From positions 8,139,861 through 8,203,860 of the forward strand of contig NC_068984.1 in the NCBI RefSeq assembly GCF_001194135.2: a stretch of 64,000 bases of DNA, given 5' to 3'. Shown piece by piece: positions 39,633 through 50,202 of the stretch. Source of the DNA: Octopus bimaculoides (Eukaryota). The translations under genes and the position numbers were made by a program. Under the pieces are notes generated by a model, which was given only the letters and a program-made list of their open reading frames with translations, was not told the DNA's origin and ran no database searches. The first letter of the stretch is position 1, and each line of letters opens with the position of its first letter.

Positions 39633-39984
39633 CCAAGACAAGATATTAGAAGTCTATTGGCAGAGATAGAATAAGACTGTAATTTATAACAACTACTTCG
39701 AGAAACAGTGACAAGTAGTGTATTACTATGATACACAAAACATTAAAATGTGATTGTTCCAAGTAGTTTCCTATTTTGCTTTCTGGTTCTTGTCCCTTTA
39801 AATTGTGTGTTTGGAAGGACTATGTTTAATCAAATAAATTCTATAGACGATATTAAGATATACTTCAACATACAGAGGCAAAAACCATTTCAAAATGATA
39901 AATCTTTGCAACTGCTGTGATATGTTTATCACTCACCAGCGCTAGAGAACCGGTGTTGGTGTGTATACGTCCTCGAAATTTAGA

Positions 39985-40225
39985 GATACCGCTAAGCATT
40001 TCGCCTGTTTTTACGTTCTCAGTTCAAATTCCGCCGAGGTCGACTTTGCTTTTCATCCCTTCAGGGTCGATAAATTAAGTACCAGTTGCATACTGGGGTC
40101 GATGTAATCAACTTAACCTCTTTGTATGTCTTTGTTTGTCTCCCTCTTGTGGGCAGTAAAGAAATAAGAAACGTTAGCACACCGGGCGAAATACTTAGAA
40201 GTATGTCGTCTGTTTTTACGTTCAC
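39985..40225 (+). mobile_element. SINE family B followed by a second head fragment
   Basis: agttcaaattccgccgaggtcgactttgc...; gaaacgttagcacaccgggcgaaat. Confidence 0.85.
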
Positions 40226-40308
40226 CACTGCAGCGTGCCAAAGATCCCAGCAATGCCGTCGCGCTTCAGGATCAGTTATTGCAACAACCGGGTTTCAGGG
40301 ACCCACAG
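40226..40308 (+). mobile_element. ~80-bp CR1-group LINE fragment
   Basis: tgccaaagatcccagcaatgccgtcgcgcttcaggatcagtt matches 3889-3960. Confidence 0.85.
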
Positions 40309-40665
40309 TTTTTTACTTGCCCCACGCTAAGTATTAGCAACATTTATTTTTTTAAATTTCCCTGTCACTGTCCACATCTGTTTGTGAAATTCTGGATATA
40401 TATTTATATACTTAGTTGTTAACAAATTCGAAAAAATACGCTTACCAATCGCTAATAGAACAAAAAAATATGAGACGTGGTATTTGTTTCCAGTCTGCAT
40501 GTTGTGATTTCAAATCCCGCCAGATTCTTTGGTTTCTATCGACGTCGATAACATAAACACCAGTATCCTCTAATCGCTTTCCCTGAAAATTCCTTACCTT
40601 CTCTCTTAATGAAATACCATAATTTAATAATAATTTTTATTTCCTATTATATTTTTTATTTACAG

Positions 40666-40789
40666 TAGCCATGTGAAGAGAGCTGCTTGTACAATGGGGT
40701 CCTGTGGAAAAGGCGTAGTGCTTCCTTGCTGCCCTGGTTATAAATGTGAATGTGATGATGCAGGAAATAAATGTATGTGTAAACAATGA
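40666..40789 (+). CDS. Knottin-precursor gene, terminal coding exon: SHVKR plus 8-Cys mature peptide
   Basis: Acceptor attttttatttacag|T (phase 2), then AGC CAT GTG AAG AGA GCT GCT TGT...TGT AAA CAA TGA = SHVKR-AACTMGSCGKGVVLPCCPGYKCECDDAGNKCMCKQ*. Confidence 0.85.
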
Positions 40790-40914
40790 GAAAATATAAA
40801 AACCATAACCTACAACTATGAATTTTCAACAACCCGATGTTAGTTGGATGATCGTATCTAATATCTAAAATATTTATGGTATTAATCCGTCAAACTTTAA
40901 AGAAATTCCAAGGA

Positions 40915-40929
40915 AATAAACGTATTAAA
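40915..40929 (+). terminator. Candidate polyadenylation signals of the knottin gene
   Basis: AATAAA at 40915 and ATTAAA at 40924, ~125 nt after the stop; such hexamers are common in AT-rich DNA. Confidence 0.4.
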
Positions 40930-41688
40930 TAATGACAAATTCTTAGTGCTTTATTCTTTGCAGTGCAATTTGTTTTTAATTTATCGAACGGTAACAAATT
41001 CTCAGTGCATTGTTCTTCGCAGTCTCACACGATATTATTGTTAACAAAATATTCTCCAGTTCAAATTTATATTTAAATACAAAGAAACAGGGGAAAAGAG
41101 AGATAAGAATGGAAAAGAGAGAAATAAAAAAATCGGTAAAGCAATATAAGATGGAGCGAGAGGGTTTGATGGACCACATACCCCAGAACAAATGGTGGGC
41201 TCAGCCGCGCCATGCGCTGATGATTGTGTCACAGAGAATGGCCAGCGACACTCGACGCAACAGCCACGTCACATCTCGGGGATCATTTATCCAATGGGCC
41301 ATATTTATCCCTACCTTGGGGATGAAATCGGAATCCTAGAATTCCTGAGGTCTCGACAGTGACCGGCACTGTATTTATTGAATTTACAGCTTCATCGAGT
41401 GTTTGATATGGAATGTTTTCAACAACGTTTTCCCGTCCTTCATTAAAGTGCCCTAACTTGGTCCCAGATAGTGGAATACTTTACTTTTCTTAGTTCATCA
41501 GACTGTAAAGTGCAAGCTACTTTTATCCATTTTCCAAATCTGTCTTTATCCATCCAAACTAGTCCATGGATGGTATTTCTCTTCATTTCTTCTTTGCCAG
41601 AGTTTTTGTCCTCAGTACATCAGAACCCGAATCGGGTCATAACATTTCTCAGAATGTTTTTTGTTCTAAGTACATAAGAACCTAAGAA

Positions 41689-42818
41689 AATACTTAAGTA
41701 ATCCTACTTTTCTTTAGGCCAGTGGTTCACATCGATGTTAATTTTCTCTCTTCTTTTTTTCTTTATCTTTCGATTTAGATTTATATTCTTTACCATGTTA
41801 GGAAGAAAAGGCATTTCGTTTATATTCTCAATAAATGAAAACTTGTAACCTTCTTTATGTCAATTTCTAATTAAGAATTGATGAAAGTGTAATATATTAT
41901 GATTTCGATCAGCAATCAAGCGTTTTGCGATCTCAGATATCAGCTGAATAACTCAGTTACAAATCCCGTCCTTAATGTAGAACTTGTTTGAAATCCATTG
42001 TAAGCTGTGATGCAAATATACGTTATGACCCGATTTTTCTTATTTAATAATCTGTAACATAACGTCCCGAAGGAAACTGTCATGTAACTTCATGACACAC
42101 AGATGTCGCTTTGACATTCATTGAGGACATTGACGTAACTGAGAATATAAATTTGAAATTGTTTGAAATGACTTTTTCTAATTACTTATCATTATTCTTC
42201 CACACAGGTGTTCGAGCTACATGAATTAGTAATTTATATAAGATATGATTAATGTGATGAGCTTCAATATTACTAATTCATGTAGCTTGAACACCTGTGT
42301 GGAAGAATAATAAGGAGTAGCAGTTAGAAGAAGTCATTTCAAACAATTTCAAATTCATATTCTCAGTTAAGTCAATGTCCTCATTGAATGTCAGAGCGAC
42401 ATCTGTGTGTCAAGAAGTTACATTACAGTTTTCCTCAGGGATGTTAGGTTACAGATTATTAAATATGCAAAATCGGGTCATAACACATCTTTGTATCACA
42501 GATTACAATGGATTTTTAACAAGTTTTGCATGATGAGCAGGATTTGGGATTGAGTTCTTCGCTGATATCTGAGATCGCAAAACGCCTGCCTGCTGATCAA
42601 AATCGTAATATATTACACTTTCAACAATTTTTATTTAAAAATCGGCAAAAGGAAGGTTACAATCTTCCATTTATTAGGAACATAAACGAAATCCCTTTTC
42701 CTCGTGACATGGTAGAGTATCGAAATCTAAATTGAAACATATAAAGAAAAAAAAAAATGAGATAGGAAACAGTGAAGTGAACCATTGGCCTAAAGGAAAG
42801 TAGGATTTCTTAAGTATT
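41689..42818. repeat. ~1.1-kb imperfect palindrome (arms 41689-42233 and 42269-42818, 35-nt spacer)
   Basis: Inner ends cacacaggtgttcgagctacatgaattagtaat / attactaattcatgtagcttgaacacctgtgtg; outer ends aatacttaag..atcctacttt / aaagtaggatttcttaagtatt. Confidence 0.92.
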
Positions 42819-42856
42819 ATATAGTATATATATATTAAGTAGGATTCTTTAAGTAT

Positions 42857-42896
<40 letters not shown>

Positions 42897-43013
42897 GATA
42901 AACTAAGGAAAGGATTTCCTTCAAAGGGGTGTGTAAAACATCCAATTACCTATACTACAGTTGAATACTTCATAAATATGGGTATAATGAAAATTACAAA
43001 CAATAAATTTAAG

Positions 43014-43155
43014 ATTCAACTGACAAACCAATAATTTATTTATATTATAATATAACATAATATAGTGATCTTTTATGTTATATTATATCGTATAATATTC
43101 ATAGTATATTATGTTATATCATAATATAAATAAATCATTGTATTGTCAGTTGACT
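43014..43155. repeat. AT-rich hairpin / MITE-like inverted repeat
   Basis: caactgacaa..aataatttatttatattata..ataacataata versus tattatgttat..cataatataaataaatcattg.attgtcagttg. Confidence 0.75.
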
Positions 43156-43196
43156 CTTATCGTTCTATTTAATTTATTGTATATATATACGTGAAG

Positions 43197-43450
43197 TATA
43201 TTTGCCACTTAAATGCGGCTAGCCCCTAAGGGTGAATGCTACTGTAGCTTATAGCCCCAGGAGAACACCTCCAGCTGGCTATTGACACACTTTCTGTGCC
43301 CTACTAGTATTTGCAAAGGGAAGTCATCCTTCCCATCGTCGACCTCACAGGATACGCACGGACTCGAGTTTCTGGGTATTTACCTTTCGTAAGCGCACGA
43401 CAATCACCGGTCTTCGATGCGAAGGAGTCCCGATGCAAATACATATATAT
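43197..43450. repeat. Unclassified GC-richer interspersed repeat fragment
   Basis: Composition shift abutting the R4/Dong fragment; no motif I can assign. Confidence 0.3.
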
Positions 43451-43459
43451 CCTTTTTCC

Positions 43460-44605
43460 AGTGACGAAATTTCAGAGATTTATTATTGATTGTTTACACT
43501 TTTTCGAGATCAGATCATATGCAATTAACCAGGAAACATTCTCCGTAGGTTTTGGCAAATTGCATAACGCGAAGACACCCCATAGTTGGATATTGGTAAA
43601 AGAGGCTGACATTCTGCGGAAATCACTAATATGTATATTCAAATGCTCTCTGGACTGTCAGATTGACATACGACGAATCTTGTTGCCCACAGTGAAACCA
43701 CAGTGTTAGCAGAAAACTATAGGCCCATTAATTGCCTAAAGATTATGTACAAACTGAACGCATGCTGCAGCAAATCATTCCCGCAGTACTATTTCGAATC
43801 CAACGACATATTGACGGATGAACAGGCAGGTTGAAAGAATCGGGTGTGAGGATGGGTGGACCAACTTTTCATAAAGAAAACTGTACTGTTTGAAGTGGAA
43901 AAAGATGAACCAGAAGAGGATGGCAACGGTATGGCTTGATAGTGGGGAACTCTATTCATCATGATGTTATGTCTCTTTTGAAGACATTGCACATGGGATT
44001 AAAAGCTATCCAAAAATGTCAGGGTACTACCGACCTATGCAACTCGACGATATCTCCAAAGAAATTATAAATAAAATGTCATTCAGGAAAAATAGATTCT
44101 CCTGGAATATATATGGAGAAATCCCCCGTTATTGAATACCTACAGAGACATTAACATGAGGAATACTGGTGGAATATTCCCTTCAAAACCCCTGGTAATG
44201 TAAACATAACCGGTCAGATATTGTTCTTTGGTAGAGACACGTAAAAGAATGTACCATCACAGATGTCTTCAGTCCTGTTGATGTGAATATCTCTTTGAAA
44301 ACCAAAGAAGAAGGAGAGGATAATACTGAAAAACTGCTGCTAAGCCTCAGCTTCTACAAACAGATAATAAATTCCCGTTTATACTAATATTAATTGGTGC
44401 ACTTAACTTTTTGAGTAGATGCCTAACAGAAAATCTGCATAAGGTTAGGTAGTCAGAAATGAAATATACTAGCAAACTCGCTAATTACAAATATAATCTG
44501 TAAGTGCAAGATTGAACATATGAAGGGAATTTCGTCTACCACACTTGTTGAGATGGTATTGTTCGGCCCGGTGCAATAGCAGAAGAACTTGTTCGTTGAT
44601 GATCT
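43460..44605 (+). mobile_element. R4/Dong-clade LINE RT fragment (inverse of 36935-38090)
   Basis: AENYRPINCLKIMYKL...FESNDILTDEQAG*KNRV*GWVDQLFIKKTVL...; ends at LFVDD (catalytic motif), next to a MITE-end fragment. Confidence 0.85.
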
Positions 44606-45312
44606 TTTTCTAGCATATTGGATGTCCACCTAGTGGTCATCCTTTCTTATACGCATGTACTACAATTCTTCTGAATTATCAGATTTTTTTATATTCTAGA
44701 CCACTGGTTTTAAATTGAAATTAATATTCAATCTGTCAGCCAGCCTCAGTATATATATANNNNNNNNNNTATATATACTAATCCCCTCATATTCTTTATA
44801 TAGATTTGTACCGTATCTCGCACTTAAACTGTCAGGGGTATCCTTAATTTTTAACAAGAGCATTATTTGTAATCATAGGTTCTTATCTAGCGGACTCAAA
44901 TAGCGTTATTTATTACGATTAATGACAGCAGATATTGCTACCAGGTATAATGCTTTCCACTAACACCACCAGTCACCTAGTCATTTTCCCCACTTACTGT
45001 CCCATTCATAATGTACACATACGTCCAACCTTTAAAGGACACAAAAACGTAAGCCTAAAGACTTAATGAAGTGGAGAGACGGGTTGCTGAAGAGATTGCA
45101 AGAGTGCAATGAAATGATTTAACAAAAATTAAAAAAAATAAAAAAATAAATACAGTTTATAAATAAATAAAGGACTGAACCAGTGCGAGTGTTTATTACC
45201 GGCATAATGCCTCTCCCAAAGTTTTATTGTATTTCTTTCAACACACGTATTCACATCAACAATTTTGCACACCAAATACACTTACGAAATATATATATAT
45301 ATATGTATATAT

Positions 45313-45445
45313 ATAAAGGAGACCACTAGGTGGACTGTTTTGTTGCTTCGCTAAATTTTTCTTTGAAGACAATTCGGTCTTAGTAGATGCATTACATGTG
45401 ATCTTCTTCTAGCATATTAACAGTCCACTTAGTGGTCTCCTTTAT
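45313..45445. mobile_element. TA-flanked MITE (~130 bp)
   Basis: TIRs aaaggagaccactaggtggactg / cagtccacttagtggtctccttt; a related right end occurs at 44605-44650. Confidence 0.82.
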
Positions 45446-45604
45446 ATATACATATACAATAATCCATTGAGATCTCAGATAAATTTTTCTGAATCTCCTG
45501 ATTCTTTCGATGTGCTAGTTTCCTGGTATTAAATTGATATTAATTAATATCCAGTTTTTTACCTTACTGCTTTAATTTATATATACATATATATATATAT
45601 ATAT

Positions 45605-45812
45605 ATTTGTCTGTCTGTGTTTGCTCTCTTCCCCACCTTCACTTGATAACCGTTGTTGATGCGTTTAGGTCCCCGTAACTTTGCGATTCGGCAAAAGAGA
45701 CGGATAGAATAAGTACTAAACTTGCAAAGAATATGTCCTGGGATCGATATGTTGGACTAAATGTGCTGCCCCAGCACGTTTACAGTCAAATAACTGAAAC
45801 AAGTAAAAGAAT
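45605..45812 (+). mobile_element. SINE family A, 3' half
   Basis: cttgataaccg...cccgtaact...gtgctgccccagca...gtcaaataactgaaacaagtaaaaga. Confidence 0.82.
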
Positions 45813-45868
45813 AACATAATAAAGATACATTCCAATTTTCCTAATTTCCCCTTTATATCTTATATAAG

Positions 45869-46465
45869 GTTTTGCGAGTTGAATATAGTTTTATCAATGT
45901 TTTTACGGCTGCCCTGATGTTCACAAGTTGTTGAACTTGTTTGCAATGAAGCAATGTAATGATTGACAATCAAAAAAGATTAGTATAAACTCTATATTAT
46001 ATAAAAACGTACAGTTTTGATGAATAGACTTTCCAGTCTATGTGGTGATAAGTATATATACGCAGGTGAGGGTGTATACGCACCTGAGATTAAATCGATG
46101 AATAATTAATGGTAAATTAATTCCCAGAGACGCACGAAGTTGATTAAAAGAAGGAAGATCGAATCAGTTGCAAATAAAACTAATATATTCTGAACATAGA
46201 AGTGAAATGATATCTTTAATAGAAAGTCGATAGAAAATAATCAGAAGAGTGCTCGGCCATAATTATTTAGTTAATTAACCTCTTGCTTACTTTTCGGATC
46301 ACTTATTTTTATCCAGGGAGGTCTCAGGAACATATAAAATAAATCTGATAAAAATTGATGATTACTTTTCGTCTACTTATGTTCCATTTAAGAAGGACTA
46401 TGATCAATATCTAACGAGTAAGGAGACACCGTTTTATACTGTATAAATTATTTTCCTATGAAGTA

Positions 46466-46524
<59 letters not shown>

Positions 46525-47214
46525 TAATAATCTCGTTTTCATTTAAATTCCTTTCCAATAAATAAAACAGTGAAGCAATAAGCAATTATCGGGTCTTATA
46601 ATGATCTTTTTATCTTTGAAGTGATTGCTATTGAAATAAGAACGTTTATCCTGGAGTTTTGATGTTGTAACCAAATACTACAGTCTTTCGATAATGTACG
46701 GTAGCAGTGAAGGAACTTCCTTTGTGATTTTGTAATCAAACATTGTGAAGATATATTATTGCGAGTCTAAGAAATTCTAAACGTTTGATTTTGTTTAAGA
46801 TTTTCATCAAGAAGCTTGAAACCACATCTATTATTCTACTTCAAAGACAAATACAGGTATATCAAATACTTTACACCATCAATTTTCTACTTCTAGAGAT
46901 GTGTCGTAATTACTAAACGATAATTAAGACCACTTCCATTTGCGAACGGGAGTCAATCTCAAGTATCAAGAATTCTCCAAGTTAACATGTCATTAAGGAA
47001 AAGTTCGGACTTAGTGTTTGGAGAAAAGAGGACGCTTGTGGACCCGTGTTTCTGGCTCAATAGTTACCCTCAGCACAATTGTCGGAACTTATTTCCAGTA
47101 ACCATGGGAAAGAATTCAGATACCACATCTAGATAAATGTAAATCAGCAATTTTATGTTGTATGGTATTTCGTACACCTGCACATGCGGACATTGTTCAA
47201 ATAAGTGCCACTGA
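45869..47214 (+). pseudogene. Possible decayed paralog of the knottin-precursor gene
   Basis: cag|TAACCATGGGAAAGA at 47096 resembles cag|TAGCCATGTGAAGAGA; two 1-nt frameshifts restore NHGKR...C.....CC......CTC.GHCSNK.CH*. Weaker exon-1-like (45869) and exon-2-like (46317) segments lie upstream in the same order. Confidence 0.4.
46464..46530 (+). repeat. (AAT)n microsatellite
   Basis: Direct reading. Confidence 0.97.
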
Positions 47215-47384
47215 CACCTTTGAGTGATTTACTTTAGATAATTTTTGTTTAAATAATTTTGCAAACACTGTTTTATCAATATTCAATTGTCTAATATCTT
47301 TACATAATGATAGTTTTATTGTCACACTTTATCCAGTGCAATCTGATGGTTTTGTATAGTGGAGAATTCATAAAAAAAACAAAA

Positions 47385-48685
47385 GACGAAGACAGGTGGT
47401 GTAGACAACAAACAGATGTATTAGTTTAACGCTCGGGAAGTGATAAAGTCTTTAACGTTTCGAGCCTACGCTCTTCCACAGAAAGGAACAGAAGGAAACA
47501 AGGAGAGAAAATAAAGAATGTGTAGTGGGTAGCGATCTATCATGGCGAATGCCGAAACAGAGGGGAGCTACGAAGAAGGGGAGATAATACAGCAGTGTTG
47601 ATCCCAAAACGAAGGTGCGTGTGCGTGTATATAAGAGAGCATGTATGCGCGTGTGGAAGGGGGTTGGTGAACTTGACGTGTGCGTGTGTGCATGTATAGG
47701 TGGGTGAATGAGGGTGTGGGTGCTGGGAAGTGGTCAGTGCTAGTGTGTGCGTGATGGTGTGATGTGATGTGGTGGTGTGTGGTATGGTTGATGTGCGGTG
47801 TGGTGATGTGTGGTGTGGTGGTGTTGGGATGTGGGAGAGGTGAGAGTGGGGAAAGCAAGGGTGGAGTGTGAGTTAAGCTGAGGGTGTGGTACAGATGGGG
47901 CATGTCGGAGTGGGTGTAAGAGATGGGGTCGTGATAAGATAGGATGAATAGGAAAGGTAAGGTGATGCTGGATTGTGTAGGGGTGGGGTTACAGGGAGGG
48001 GTGATGATGAAAGGAGAGGGGTAAAGGAGAAGGGGGTAGGAATAGAGGTGGGTGGGAGGAATTAGGTGTGATAGGGGAGGGAGGTTAGATGAAGAGTGGA
48101 GGAGAGTTGAGCCCATGTGACGCAAAGGAGTGAAGAGAAGATTAATCCCTATTCACGGCGAAGACGGGAGTCCGGATGACTCCTGTGCAAGGACAATCCG
48201 AACACAGACAGGAGTTGCAAAGAGTGACCGGTAGAGCGGAAATGGTGCGAGCCGGTGTGTCATTGCCGAATTGGATGTCTAGGAGGTGTTCCGTGAACCG
48301 GTCAGCCAAGCGGCGTCCCGTTTGCCCGATGTTTAGAGAAGAACAGAGAGAGGAGGTGATGCAGTAGACGACATTGCTAGAAAGAGTCAGTCATATGATA
48401 GGGCCGATGATGGGTGCCGGTGAGGAGGGTGGTGTTGGAGAGGTAAACGCAAGTGCTGCAGCGTAGGGAAGGGCAGGGGAACGAGCCAGGTTGAGAAGTT
48501 GGGTTAGAGAAGAAGCTGTGGACCAAGCGGTCTTGTTTTTTCAAGGAGGGGTGGGGTCGAGTAGCGAAGATGTGCGATGTGGGGGGTCGGATTGGAGCTG
48601 CCCGAAGCCTGGGTGAATGATACGCTGGAGAGGTTGGGCGGTAGGTGAGGGGAAACGGGAGACAGGAGACCTCTTCTCAACTACT
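47385..48685 (-). mobile_element. Penelope-like element, 3' part (GIY-YIG endonuclease plus terminal repeat)
   Basis: PGSFPCPSLRCSTCVYL...SNVVYCITSSLCSSLNIGQTGRRLADRFTEHLLDI...HFRSTGHSL (48130-48660), then a low-complexity tract and a hammerhead-like motif at 47450-47485. Confidence 0.9.
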
Positions 48686-48784
48686 CAGGGGCTGTGTAGT
48701 ATTGCGATATAACAGGGGTGACGTAGCTCACACAGCCACTGTGTAGTATTGTGATATAACAGTTTTATCATTTAATAATGATTT

Positions 48785-48995
48785 AAGGTAGGGAGATGGC
48801 AGAATCGTTACGTCGGATAAAATGCTTAGCAACACTTCTTACGGCGCCTTGCTTTTGAGTTCAAATTACGCCGAGGTCGATTTTGCCTCTAATCCTTCTG
48901 TGATCGGTAACAAAAGCACTAGTCAAGTACTTGATGTAATCGACTTGGTCCCTCCCAAAAAAATTACAGACATTGCATCGAAATTTGAAACCATA
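48785..48995 (+). mobile_element. SINE family B
   Basis: tggcagaatcgtta...gagttcaaattacgccgaggtcgattttgcc. Confidence 0.8.
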
Positions 48996-49779
48996 ATTTA
49001 ACGAAGATATTTAATAAATATCTAGTTAATAAAATGTTCTATCCACGAGATGGTAAATATATCATATCGTACATATATGCATGCATACATACATACATAC
49101 GTACATACATACATACATACATACATACATACGTACATACATACATGCATGCATATATACATCATTGTGTATTAGTGCAACTCGAAGCAGATAAAGATAA
49201 AATTAACAGTGTTTAAATATGAAATTAAAATCCATTTAGATAGAAAATATGAAAGACTGCCCCTCGGACTCAAACGCACACTGTCGTAAACTTGACATGT
49301 TTTGCCATTAGGCCAAAGACAGTCATCGAATTTCTGTAACCATTTCGAAACATTATTCTTAGCAGTAAAAATATTGAGTAAGAAATCAATAGATGATGTG
49401 GAATTTCACATATATTCTAGACCAAAATTTTTCGAATCCATCAAAAGTTCTTTAAAAAATATCTTTTTTATAAGAATAAATGCTGATAGAGCAGCCTAAG
49501 TTTAATTCTGCATTAGTGTCAAAGATAATATCTTAGAAAGTTGCTAAAAAAAAGTAAAGGCTTGGGCAAGTTTGATTGAGAGATATTATCAAACTTGTCA
49601 GGATGTATGATACCTGGATGATTAATCTAAATTTTATATAAAGCTCATTATTTATATTACCAATTGGCAACGAGACAGAATCTCATTCACAAGATGTAAT
49701 TTAGTGATACACTTGGTATGAATATCAACCTTTCTGAAAGAAATTAACTTCGGTGTCAAAATATTGCTTGCGCAAGATT

Positions 49780-50024
49780 TTGTTTATGGTGCATACACAT
49801 ATTTATGTACATGCATTTATAGCCATAAACACATATACGTACATATACACACGTTACCTCCATACACACATATGCATATTTATACATATATATGCATATA
49901 TATGTATATATGTGTATAAATATGCATACATAAAAGTGTATAAATGTATGTGCATATATATGTATAAATATGCATATGTGTGTATGGAGGTAACATGTGT
50001 ATATGTACGTATATGTGTTTATGG

Positions 50025-50059
<35 letters not shown>

Positions 50060-50170
50060 AATCTCTATATATGTATATAGGTGTATATCAATATACGCAT
50101 AAATATGAATGTGTCAATTGTAGGTATATATAGTAAGAAACAAATGTATATGTGCATACGCATAATATAC

Positions 50171-50202
<32 letters not shown>

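Noticed and set aside
39847-39916. Alternative phase 1-to-2 middle exon for the knottin gene
   Set aside because: Poor pyrimidine tract and weak donor (gtgata) compared with 36348-36378.
47568-48125. 185-aa Pro/His/Thr-rich ORF
   Set aside because: Low-complexity 3' region of the Penelope-like element; no ATG-supported gene structure or domain.
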